NCBI GenBank assembly: GCA_044340865.1
Contig: JBIISW010000001.1
Span: 1-47,211, forward strand
From: Bacteroidia bacterium
GTDB lineage: Bacteria > Bacteroidota > Bacteroidia > B-17B0 > Aurantibacillaceae
Reading direction: 5' to 3'
DNA length: 47,211 nucleotides
Part shown: piece after piece, positions 27,533-36,546 of the stretch
How the letters are laid out: the number at the start of each line of letters is the position of its first letter
How positions within the stretch are numbered: the first letter of the stretch is position 1
Made by a program: the position numbers and the translations under genes
Notes under the pieces: model-generated
The model's input: only the letters and a program-made list of their open reading frames with translations
Databases searched by the model: none
What the model was told of the DNA's origin: nothing

Positions 27533-28888
27533 ATGCAATTTGAGCTCAGTTTAGACTATTTAGAAAAACTAAAAGATGCTATATCAGATAAAGATAATGC
27601 AACATTAACGGCTCAATTAAATGAGTTGTATGAAGTTGACATTGCATCCATTTTAAATAGGTTGGATCTTGAAGAATCAATTTACCTGTATAATTTAATT
27701 GAAGAAGATTTAAAAGCCAATGTATTACTTGAATTAGAGGAAGATAAACGTGAGGCTATTTTATCTACTTTTTCTACCAAAGAAATTGCAGAACAATTAG
27801 ATAATATGGATTCGGATGACGCGGCAGACGTTATCAATGAATTGCCTGAAGAAATTCAGAATGAAGTATTATCACAAATAGAAGATATAGAGCAAGCGAG
27901 TGACATTGCTGATTTGATGGGCTACGAAGAAGGTACTGCTGGTTCATTAATGGCAAAAGAATTAATAAGTGTGTATGCCCACGAAACAGTTTCGGCTTGT
28001 ATTGATGAAATTAGAAGGCAAACAGATAACGTAGAAACCATGTATGCCGTTTACGTTCTAGATATGAATGAGAAATTGATCGGTATGCTTTCGTTAAAAA
28101 AATTAATTATTTCTCATCCATTAGCTAAGGTGGAAGAAATTTTTGATGCAGATATCATTTCATGTAAAACTAGCTCGTCGAGTGAAGAAGTTGCTGAATT
28201 GATTCAAAAATATGATTTAGTTGTTTTGCCCGTTGTGGACCAACTAGGAAGATTAGTAGGTCGTATTACCATTGATGACGTGGTTGACGTGATGAGGGAA
28301 GAAGCTGAAAAAGACATTCAGCGAATGAGTGGTATTACAGACGATGTTGATAGTAATGATACGTTGTGGCGTTTATCAAGAGCTCGTATTCCATGGTTAT
28401 TAGTTGGAATGTGTGGTGGTATTATTGGCTCACGTATTATTGGCAGTTATGAAAATCAGATTCAACTTAGACCAGAAATGGCTTTTTTTATTCCGCTTAT
28501 AGGCGCTATGGGAGGAAATGTAGGAGTTCAATCGTCAGCCATTATCGTTCAAGGATTAGCTAATAATACATTAATTACGGATAAAATTGCTCCTAAATTA
28601 TTAAAAGAATTGGGTGTTGGACTAATAAATGGTTTAATTTGTTCAACATTAATTTTAGGTTATAATTTACTCATCAGCGAATCTTGGGCACTTGCTGCAA
28701 CCGTTAGTTTAGCATTAATTACCGTTATTTTGTGTGCTTCATTTTTAGGAACCTTTGTACCACTTATGATGAATCGATTTAAAGTAAATCCCGCTTTAGC
28801 TACAGGTCCCTTTGTAACAACCTTAAATGACATCATTGGCATTTCAATTTACTTCATTGTAGGAAGGGTACTTTATAGCGTTTTTTAA
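27533..28888 (+). CDS. mgtE: Magnesium transporter MgtE
   Basis: MgtE N-domain (acidic helical repeats with DDAADVINELPEE), a CBS pair (VYVLDMNEKLIGMLSLKKL, LPVVDQLGRLVGRITIDDVVDVM), and a TM domain with GAMGGNVGVQSSAIIVQG and ATGPFVTTLNDIIG. Confidence 0.92.
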   Translation: MQFELSLDYLEKLKDAISDKDNATLTAQLNELYEVDIASILNRLDLEESIYLYNLIEEDLKANVLLELEEDKREAILSTFSTKEIAEQLDNMDSDDAADVINELPEEIQNEVLSQIEDIEQASDIADLMGYEEGTAGSLMAKELISVYAHETVSACIDEIRRQTDNVETMYAVYVLDMNEKLIGMLSLKKLIISHPLAKVEEIFDADIISCKTSSSSEEVAELIQKYDLVVLPVVDQLGRLVGRITIDDVVDVMREEAEKDIQRMSGITDDVDSNDTLWRLSRARIPWLLVGMCGGIIGSRIIGSYENQIQLRPEMAFFIPLIGAMGGNVGVQSSAIIVQGLANNTLITDKIAPKLLKELGVGLINGLICSTLILGYNLLISESWALAATVSLALITVILCASFLGTFVPLMMNRFKVNPALATGPFVTTLNDIIGISIYFIVGRVLYSVF

Positions 28889-30190
28889 ATGCAAACACTA
28901 AAGCAACTTATTTCAGGCGAGTTAAAAGGAACAAAGACACTCAAACTATCTTGCGGAATTACATCATTTCCTCAACACATTTTTGAACTAGCAGATACAT
29001 TAGAAATACTAGATTTATCTGGAAATAATTTATCAGAATTACCATCAAATTTTCATGAATTAAAAAAAATAAAAATTGCATTTTTTTCAGAAAATATATT
29101 CTCCCAATTTCCTGAGGTACTTTCAAAATGCGAAAATTTAACAATGATTGGTTTTAAATCTAATCAGATTCAAACTATTTCTGAAACAGCTTTTCCAAAA
29201 TCATTACGCTGGCTCATATTAACTAACAATCAAATTGAGAAATTACCGAAGAGTATTGGTGATTGTAAAGATTTGCAAAAAGTAGCCTTAGCAGGAAATA
29301 AATTAACAAGTTTACCTGATGAAATGGCACAATGCCAAAACATTGAACTTCTGAGAATATCAGCAAACTATATCGCAGAATTACCTGAATGGTTGCTTTC
29401 TTTGCCGAAATTAGCATGGTTAGCGTACTCAGGAAATCCATGCTGTGTGCAACTAACTCAAAAAAATACCATTCAAGAAATAGAATGGGATGAATTTTCA
29501 TTGAATGAAAAACTAGGAGAAGGCGCCTCGGGAGTCATTTATAAAGCCAATTGGAATAATCCACATTCTAATCAAATTATAGTTGCGATTAAATTATTTA
29601 AAGGTGAAGTAACGAGCGATGGTTATCCAGAGGACGAAATTAATACCTGTTTATCAATAGGTAATCAAAAAAATTTAGTTAAAGTCTTAGGGAAAATAAA
29701 AAACCATCCTCAAAAAACTTCAGGTTTAGTTTTTGAATTAATTCCACCTAACTATTTTAATTTAGGTCATCCTCCAAATTTTGAAACTTGTACAAGAGAT
29801 ACATTCACAATAAAATACACATTTGATCACACATTAATTATCTTAAAAAACATTGCAAATGCTTGTCATCATTTACATTCAAGAGGGATTATGCATGGAG
29901 ATTTGTATGCACATAACACCTTAATTGATGAACAGGGAAATACCATTTTAGGTGATTTTGGTGCAGCATCTATTTATGATTTAAAATCCAATCACACGCA
30001 CAAATTTGAAAAGTTAGACGTTAGAGCCTACGGCTATTTAATAGAAGATTTATTATTAAACCTTTTAGACGATAATTCATTTTTAGAACATAAAGAAAGA
30101 TTAAAAAAAATTAAAAATGATTGTTTAAAAACAGAAATAATTAATAGACCATCATTTTCAGAAATTATAAATGAATTAAATACAATTTGA
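28889..30190 (+). CDS. Leucine-rich-repeat protein kinase family protein (cytoplasmic LRR + eukaryote-like kinase fusion)
   Basis: aa ~35-185 hold about six LRRs (LDLSGNNLSELP, LILTNNQIEKLP, VALAGNKLTSLP, LRISANYIAELP). The kinase core has LGEGASGVIY (G-loop), VAIK with K235 (nt 29591-29593), IMHGDLYAHN with D338 (29900-29902), and GDFG with D356 (29954-29956). No signal peptide or TM helix. The ATG directly abuts the mgtE stop codon. Confidence 0.8.
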   Translation: MQTLKQLISGELKGTKTLKLSCGITSFPQHIFELADTLEILDLSGNNLSELPSNFHELKKIKIAFFSENIFSQFPEVLSKCENLTMIGFKSNQIQTISETAFPKSLRWLILTNNQIEKLPKSIGDCKDLQKVALAGNKLTSLPDEMAQCQNIELLRISANYIAELPEWLLSLPKLAWLAYSGNPCCVQLTQKNTIQEIEWDEFSLNEKLGEGASGVIYKANWNNPHSNQIIVAIKLFKGEVTSDGYPEDEINTCLSIGNQKNLVKVLGKIKNHPQKTSGLVFELIPPNYFNLGHPPNFETCTRDTFTIKYTFDHTLIILKNIANACHHLHSRGIMHGDLYAHNTLIDEQGNTILGDFGAASIYDLKSNHTHKFEKLDVRAYGYLIEDLLLNLLDDNSFLEHKERLKKIKNDCLKTEIINRPSFSEIINELNTI

Positions 30191-30197
30191 ATTGTAT

Positions 30198-30764
30198 TTA
30201 TTCGGCCCAACGAAAACTATCAATTTCAAATCCAGCCAAATCTAACACTCTATCTACTACTGTTGACGCTAAATCCTCAAACGTTGCAGGGTTACTATAA
30301 AATGAAGGCGATGCTGGACATATAATTCCACCAGCTTGCGTTACAACTTGCATATTAGAAATATGAATTAAATTGTAAGGTGTATCTCTAATCATTAAAA
30401 TTAATTTTCTTCTTTCTTTTAAAATAACATCAGCTGCTCTAGAAGTTAAATCATTACTAATGCCTGAAGCTATGCGTGCTAAAGTTCCCATGCTACATGG
30501 ACAAACAATCATGGTTGTGTATTTTGCTGAACCGGAAGCAAAAGGTGCATAAAAATTATTCTTATCATAAAACGTAAATGGATAATTTTTATAATCTTCG
30601 TTTCCTAATTCATGCTTCCAAACATCCTTAGCGTTATCACTCATAACAATACCAACCTCAGCAATTTGATTAGTGAGTTTACTAATTTTATCTAGTAAAA
30701 CTTTTGCATAAATACTACCACTGGCTCCAGTAATACTAATTACTATTTTTTGTTTTGTGTTCAA
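30198..30764 (-). CDS. ubiX: Flavin prenyltransferase UbiX
   Basis: ITGASGSIYA, IVCPCSMGTLARIASG and LKERRKLILMIRDTP are UbiX/Pad1 blocks. Length is 188 aa. Confidence 0.9.
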   Translation of the reverse strand: MNTKQKIVISITGASGSIYAKVLLDKISKLTNQIAEVGIVMSDNAKDVWKHELGNEDYKNYPFTFYDKNNFYAPFASGSAKYTTMIVCPCSMGTLARIASGISNDLTSRAADVILKERRKLILMIRDTPYNLIHISNMQVVTQAGGIICPASPSFYSNPATFEDLASTVVDRVLDLAGFEIDSFRWAE

Positions 30765-30803
30765 ATTATTTTTTTGTTTTTATACGATAACCCAAAGTAA
30801 ATT

Positions 30804-31373
30804 CTAACATATTGTTGTAATATCCTTTGTTAAACAAGCTTGTTTAGTATAATTTGGTCTAATCGTTATAAATGAATTACTACTTCTAAAATTAACAAAC
30901 CATTTTTCATTAATATGATATCCTAATCCAATTTTAACCGAATATTCAAAATTATTAAAAGGATATTTACCAGTAAAATTTCCTTGTTCAGTAGCTTCGT
31001 AATAGTTAATGAGGTAGCCGGCAGAAACACCAATATCAAACAGGTATTTTTTATTTGAAGTATAGGTAAAAAGTAAAGGAACTTCAAGGTAATTTAAATT
31101 TAAATAATAGGCACTAAAATCATTCTTGTTTGGATTTTGATTTTTTTGTGCGCCTTTTTGAATAAATAAAAATGAAAGGCTTGCTTGTAATTGATTCGAT
31201 ACTTTCGTTTCCACTCCTACTCCACCTAAAAATCCAACTTTATGAAAACCACTGTAAGCATCTCCATGAACTTGGGCTGGAGAAACCCCGATATTCAAAA
31301 TCAAATCAAAGGTTGATTTTTTTTCTTGACTAAATAAAACTATCGGAAAAAGTATAAAAAATAAAATCTTCAT
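30804..31373 (-). CDS. Outer-membrane beta-barrel (porin-family) protein
   Basis: Signal peptide MKILFFILFPIVLFSQ (I prefer this Met to the upstream ATG at 31391), then alternating beta-strand pattern and aromatic girdle residues. The C-terminus is atypical (ends ...DITTIC). Confidence 0.55.
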   Translation of the reverse strand: MKILFFILFPIVLFSQEKKSTFDLILNIGVSPAQVHGDAYSGFHKVGFLGGVGVETKVSNQLQASLSFLFIQKGAQKNQNPNKNDFSAYYLNLNYLEVPLLFTYTSNKKYLFDIGVSAGYLINYYEATEQGNFTGKYPFNNFEYSVKIGLGYHINEKWFVNFRSSNSFITIRPNYTKQACLTKDITTIC

Positions 31374-31395
31374 ATTAACACGAAGATACAAAAAT

Positions 31396-31794
31396 CTAAT
31401 TAAACTGTTTTAACCATTTGACTGCATCTTCCTGAGTTGTGAATAAACTAGTAGATCTTTCGGGTGCAACAATCTTTATATAAAAATTACAAATAATTTT
31501 TTGAGAAATAGAATTGATAACAAAGGCATCAGCAGTTGAATATGGGCAATTATGAACCTTAGCCATGTGCTTTAATGTTTCAATATCAGCTGTCGAATAT
31601 TTGCCAAATAAAAACATGGTTGGAAGTTTTCTTGAGCCCATTTCAAGTTGTGCCGAAATGAGTTGTTTTAAATCGCTTAAAGAAAACTCCTTTTTGTCTA
31701 ATATTTCAACAAGGTAATATCTATTCTTATGAATAGATATACTGAAAACATCAGATATTATTTTTTTAGACAAAAGCATAAATTTATAAGACAA
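31396..31794 (-). CDS. Hypothetical protein, possibly SpoIIAA/STAS-like fold
   Basis: 132 aa. The layout (N-terminal strand region, central LPTMFLFGKYSTADIETLKHMAK, C-terminal ...SLFTTQEDAVKWLKQ) resembles STAS/DUF-type SpoIIAA-like proteins. This is pattern-level evidence only. Confidence 0.4.
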   Translation of the reverse strand: MSYKFMLLSKKIISDVFSISIHKNRYYLVEILDKKEFSLSDLKQLISAQLEMGSRKLPTMFLFGKYSTADIETLKHMAKVHNCPYSTADAFVINSISQKIICNFYIKIVAPERSTSLFTTQEDAVKWLKQFN

Positions 31795-31848
31795 ATTTAT
31801 ATATTTAACTTATAAATACCAAATTTTATGTTAAAATTTTATTCTTAT

Positions 31849-33411
31849 TTATTCAAAATTTCTATTTTTTTTTGGTCGTTTATGCTCAAGCCATATAAAG
31901 TTTTTAAGTCTCATGTCTACATCAACTACTTCTTTTAAAGGATAGATGATTGATTCAGGTTTATTTTTAAAAGACATTTTTGACAAACCATCACCATCAA
32001 ACCACATAGTAATTGATTGACAAAGGGTTTTATTGACTCCAGTGTAACTATTTTTTTGTTTTACATAATAAATAATTTCTGCATTACCCTTGATATTTAT
32101 TTTCCGAATTGTATCTCTTTCAAAAAAACCTTCCATATTTTTCCCAGAAACTTGATTAAATTTTTCTTCATCCAAACTATCTGATTGTTGGATTACAAGT
32201 GCATTAGCATTTAATTGAAATGATTTAAGCCCGAATTCAGAAATAATAACATTGATTTGCTTTGCTGTAATTTGAGAGTGTGAGGCCCATAAAACAGGCG
32301 AATTATAAAGCATTAACACAGAATCGTGCATCGAATAATTTAATGAATCACATATTCCTTGTAAATCTGATTTAAAAATTTTAACATGCTGATAAGCCTT
32401 TACATTAGCATGTAAACTGTCTGTCTTGTTATAAAATAAGGTATCTGCCGATAAAAATAACGTGTCCTTCTCTATTTTTTTTGAATAGACTGCGTGACCA
32501 GTAACGATAGATTTTTCCGTCAATTCATAATGTTCTGCGAAATCGCCCATGATAACAGAGGTGTTGCTTGTGTCAATAATTTTAACATGACGCATTGCTC
32601 GACCATACCCCGTTTTTCGATTATAAAAAAGGCTATCGCCAAATAACTTTTGGCTTTTGGTGTTAATCATGGCGTGCTTACTGAATCTCGCCACTTCCTT
32701 TCCAGTATCATACCAACCATTTTCACAATAAATATAATTCTCTTTACTGGTAATAATGGTTGGACCAAAAAAATAAGCTATTTTGCTCAATGTGTTGTAT
32801 CTCAGAGTATCAGATTTCATTTTAATGTTTGAATTTGTTAAAGCAACATCATAATGAAACGATAATTCTTTTGATGCAGAATAATAATGTCCATTTTTAC
32901 TGATTAATGTATTATCCTTATTAACGATTGTACCACCATTATAATAACTTGCAATAGATGTTGATAAATCATATACCAAAATACCAGTAGTGAGCGTCAT
33001 ATCTTTTTCAATACAACGAACACGACCTTTTAAATTTGCAAGTTTAGTATTAGCATCATATTTTAATGAATCTCCATACACAAAAATACTATCTCCTTTT
33101 GTGATTAAAATATGTCCGAATGCTTCAAGTTTTTTATTGTTATATAAATAAGCGCTATCACAATACATTTTTGAACCTTCGTGTTCGCATTCTACTGAAC
33201 CAATTAATCGCTGAGCTTCAATACCAGATTCTTTGTCAAAGAGTAAACGATTTGCATGATTTACTTTTATATACTTTTCTGATTTTGTCTCAATTGATTT
33301 TACTTTATTCTGAGAATGATTATTTAAAATGGAGAAAAAAAGAAAATAAACAATTAAAAAACGCTTAACTGAATAATTAGTAATTTCTGAATATGAAAAG
33401 ATTGAGATCAT
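31849..33411 (-). CDS. OstA-like (LptA/LptD N-terminal-like) repeat protein
   Basis: Hydrophobic N-terminus. Repeated motifs of the form xDSLxYNxxxxxAxFxGxVxI (MYCDSAYLYNNKKLEAFGHILI, GDSLKYDANTKLANLKGRV, SDTLRYNTLSKIAYFFGP, GDSLFYNRKTGYGRAMRHVKI, ADTLFYNKTDSLHANVKAYQHVKI) are typical of OstA-like beta-jellyroll repeats. Confidence 0.55.
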   Translation of the reverse strand: MISIFSYSEITNYSVKRFLIVYFLFFSILNNHSQNKVKSIETKSEKYIKVNHANRLLFDKESGIEAQRLIGSVECEHEGSKMYCDSAYLYNNKKLEAFGHILITKGDSIFVYGDSLKYDANTKLANLKGRVRCIEKDMTLTTGILVYDLSTSIASYYNGGTIVNKDNTLISKNGHYYSASKELSFHYDVALTNSNIKMKSDTLRYNTLSKIAYFFGPTIITSKENYIYCENGWYDTGKEVARFSKHAMINTKSQKLFGDSLFYNRKTGYGRAMRHVKIIDTSNTSVIMGDFAEHYELTEKSIVTGHAVYSKKIEKDTLFLSADTLFYNKTDSLHANVKAYQHVKIFKSDLQGICDSLNYSMHDSVLMLYNSPVLWASHSQITAKQINVIISEFGLKSFQLNANALVIQQSDSLDEEKFNQVSGKNMEGFFERDTIRKINIKGNAEIIYYVKQKNSYTGVNKTLCQSITMWFDGDGLSKMSFKNKPESIIYPLKEVVDVDMRLKNFIWLEHKRPKKNRNFE

Positions 33412-33476
33412 TTTAATCTCTAAATTTAATCATATTAATTTTCAATAAATACGATATTACTTAATTTTAATAAAAT

Positions 33477-35543
33477 TTAATTTTTAAGTAAATTTTTAAG
33501 TGGGTCTTCCTTAATTACTTTAAAAGCTGTCCGCCTATTTTTTTGATGGGCAGCTTCAAACTCCTCACTTTCAGGCACCATTAAGCTAATTTGATCATCT
33601 GTAACAAGTGGGTCGTTTTCTCCATAACCAGTCGGTCGCATTCTTTTGGAATTAATACCTCTTTGAATTAAATAGTTCACACATGATTGTGCTCTAGCTT
33701 GTGATAGCTTTAAATTATGGTTATCACTTCCTCGGGTATCAGTATGTGAATTAATTTCAATTGATATATTTTCATTTAACCGCATTAATTCAACTAAATT
33801 ATTAAGTATTTCTTTTGACTTAGGTCGTAAGGTTGCTTTATCTAAATCATATTCAATTCCTTCGATAATAATATCACCTTCGGGTATTTTCGATAAATAA
33901 AAATCTTGCTTAAAACTTGCAGATTCCGTGAGTCCTTTTGTACTAATACTTGCAGAGCTTGCAAAATATCCTTTTTTTTGAGTTTTAATAAAATAATCTG
34001 TATTAGGATTTAAATTACTCGCATAATATCCATTTTCATTAGTTGATAAATACACTGGTTCTGAATCGCTATGAACATCACTCAATGTAATTAATGCACC
34101 TAATATAGGTTCATTATTGGATGCATCATACACATTACCATCAACATCTAATAAAATAGGCTCGTTATCAAACGCATATATATCATAACAATTTCCACCA
34201 GGACAATCCTCTCTATCACTCGAAAAATAACCTTTCGACTGAAGTGATTCTAAAACGAAATAGGCATCATCCTTACTCGAGTTAATAGGCTTTCCTAAAT
34301 TTTTCGGAACAGAATAGGCAGAATCTTCAATATTTAATGAACTTTTATAAATATCTAAACCTCCAACTCCGGTATTTCCATTCGAACTAAAAAAAAGGGT
34401 ATTTGATAATGTGTGAAAAAAGGGTGTAACTTCATCTTGATTGGTATTAATTAAAAAACCTAAATTTTTGGCTTCACCAGTAAGTCCATTTTCATCAATA
34501 TTACAAACATATAAATCGAATCCACCCATACCTCCTGGTTTATTGGATGAAAAAAATAATTTCGTTCCATCATAAGTAACGAAAGGTTGCATTGCTTTAT
34601 ATCCTTTCAAATTAACTGTTTCATTTAATTTATATGCTTCGAAAAACATACCATCTTTCATTTTTGCCATATAAATAAAAGATTCATTTCTATTTGCATC
34701 GCTCCACCGCGTAAAAAACATCACGTTATCTGATGTCACAACACTTGAACCTTCGTGCAATCCTGTGTTTACTGGGCGTCCATAATTAATTGGTTTTATC
34801 CATGCAGAATCAATAAATTCTGTATAATAGATATCACACAAATACCTCGAATCTTGAGTTTCAGGATCTAATAAAACGCCGCCTTTACGAGCACTTGTAA
34901 ATAGTAGCTTTGTCGGGCTACCATAAAACATCGGAGCAAAATTAGATGTGCCTGAATTAAAAACTAACGTATCTAACTTATAAACCAAAATTTTCTTTTT
35001 AAAACTACTAGTATCAAGAGCAAAGTAACACGAACTAATACTTTTCTGAATACACTTAATTAATGAATCGTTGGAAGTTGACTTAAGAAGTGCTTCCAAT
35101 TTTATTGCAGCAGTTTGATAATCCTTTAAATTTATCAATGACTGGGCATATAAAACAGCATCATTAGGGTATGATTTATTTTCAACAACAATTTTATAAT
35201 ACTTTGCTGCGTTAATATAATCTTTATTTAAACGATAGCATTCTGCTAATTGATGATTTAAATAATTTATTTTTGAGGCAGTATTAACCTTATTTTTTCG
35301 ATGTTTTTTTAACGTATCTGGTTTAAATTCTTTTGATTTTAAATTTATCAATTGCACATCATACGGAAAAACTAATTCCGATAAAATGGTTGTATCATCA
35401 TTTATTTTTGTGTAAAAATCAATTGCTGTAGGATAATCTTTGACTTTAAAAGCATCGTCACCCTTTTTCAACCAAAGTTTTTTAGATTGGGAAAATGAAC
35501 TTAAGAAAGAGAGAAACAATATTATACTAACTATATTTTTCAT
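33477..35543 (-). CDS. TPR / PD40 (TolB-like) beta-propeller / CarboxypepD_reg-like / OmpA-family peptidoglycan-binding protein
   Basis: Signal peptide, then TPR-like helices (DYPTAIDFYTK, DYINAAKYYKIV, DYQTAAIKLEAL). PD40-like repeats follow (FAPMFYGS..LLFTSAR, PFVTYDGTKLFFSSNKPGGMGGFDLY, TPFFHTLSNTLFFSSN). The OmpA_C core is NSHTDTRGSDNHNLKLSQARAQSCVNYLIQRGI...GYGENDP. Confidence 0.85.
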   Translation of the reverse strand: MKNIVSIILFLSFLSSFSQSKKLWLKKGDDAFKVKDYPTAIDFYTKINDDTTILSELVFPYDVQLINLKSKEFKPDTLKKHRKNKVNTASKINYLNHQLAECYRLNKDYINAAKYYKIVVENKSYPNDAVLYAQSLINLKDYQTAAIKLEALLKSTSNDSLIKCIQKSISSCYFALDTSSFKKKILVYKLDTLVFNSGTSNFAPMFYGSPTKLLFTSARKGGVLLDPETQDSRYLCDIYYTEFIDSAWIKPINYGRPVNTGLHEGSSVVTSDNVMFFTRWSDANRNESFIYMAKMKDGMFFEAYKLNETVNLKGYKAMQPFVTYDGTKLFFSSNKPGGMGGFDLYVCNIDENGLTGEAKNLGFLINTNQDEVTPFFHTLSNTLFFSSNGNTGVGGLDIYKSSLNIEDSAYSVPKNLGKPINSSKDDAYFVLESLQSKGYFSSDREDCPGGNCYDIYAFDNEPILLDVDGNVYDASNNEPILGALITLSDVHSDSEPVYLSTNENGYYASNLNPNTDYFIKTQKKGYFASSASISTKGLTESASFKQDFYLSKIPEGDIIIEGIEYDLDKATLRPKSKEILNNLVELMRLNENISIEINSHTDTRGSDNHNLKLSQARAQSCVNYLIQRGINSKRMRPTGYGENDPLVTDDQISLMVPESEEFEAAHQKNRRTAFKVIKEDPLKNLLKN

Positions 35544-35546
35544 ACA

Positions 35547-36545
35547 TTACAATCTAGGACAATGCTTAATTTCTTTTGTTTTATTGGACTTTACAAGGTA
35601 AGTAAAGGATATTTCAAATGCACCTTTGTAATACGAAACGCCCTTCAATGTTGACGTATTGATATCATATCCAAATTTAGCAATGTAATTTTGTTTTTTT
35701 GCACCTACATAAAAAATGCTCGCATCCTTATGTCTGTAGCTAAATCCACCTAGCAAATAAAAAGATTCATTCTTTAAAAAGTATCCAGCATCTATAGAAT
35801 ATAATTGTTCAGTAGCATTTTTTTGAATTGAAAATAATGCCTTTGGTAAAATATAAAATAACTCATTTATATTTATTCTTAATCCTCCATGAAAATAATG
35901 CCTGATAGGCAATTTATTATTTGTCGTATAATACGTTTCTTTTGGATTAGACAAATTAAATGCAGAATAACCGAAAAATGGATTTAGCCTTGCTTGCTGT
36001 TTTGAATAAAAATACATAAAACCAGCATTAATTTGAGGTGTTACGAATGATTGTGTATTGAATTTTTCGCCAGATGGCAATGTATTGTCAAAAGAACCTC
36101 CATTTGATTGAGAATATTGATTATTAAAGGTATACAATGGAGCTTCTATTCTTTTTTGTGTAAAACCAACTTGTAACCCGTAAGAAATATTATTGTATTT
36201 ATTTTTATCTAAGTGCACTGCATATGAGGTAGAAAATAAAACCTGTAATGCATTATAATTTCCAATACCAGCCCTCATATTAATAATTTGTCCACCAAAT
36301 CCCCATTTTCCTTTTGGTGCGTCAACACTAATTAGAGCTGTATTATATGGTTTAAATGCAACGCTTCTCCATTGATTTCTATACTGAGCATGTACTCTTA
36401 ATTTCGAATCAACTAATCCAGTTAATGCTGGATTTAAAAACATAGGGGCTGCATCGTAAATAGATAAATGAAAATCCTGAGCCCTTACTAAATTTGATTT
36501 TAATAAGAATATACAAAATATAATTCTAATCCCTTTATTTTTCAT
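35547..36545 (-). CDS. PorP/SprF family T9SS membrane protein (copy 1)
   Basis: Signal peptide then AQDFHLSIYDAAPMFLNPALTG, the PorP/SprF N-terminal signature. Beta-barrel-like remainder, 332 aa. The stop lies 1 nt before... the start sits 1 nt after the stop of the upstream type-B-CTD gene. Confidence 0.85.
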   Translation of the reverse strand: MKNKGIRIIFCIFLLKSNLVRAQDFHLSIYDAAPMFLNPALTGLVDSKLRVHAQYRNQWRSVAFKPYNTALISVDAPKGKWGFGGQIINMRAGIGNYNALQVLFSTSYAVHLDKNKYNNISYGLQVGFTQKRIEAPLYTFNNQYSQSNGGSFDNTLPSGEKFNTQSFVTPQINAGFMYFYSKQQARLNPFFGYSAFNLSNPKETYYTTNNKLPIRHYFHGGLRININELFYILPKALFSIQKNATEQLYSIDAGYFLKNESFYLLGGFSYRHKDASIFYVGAKKQNYIAKFGYDINTSTLKGVSYYKGAFEISFTYLVKSNKTKEIKHCPRL

Positions 36546-36546
36546 G

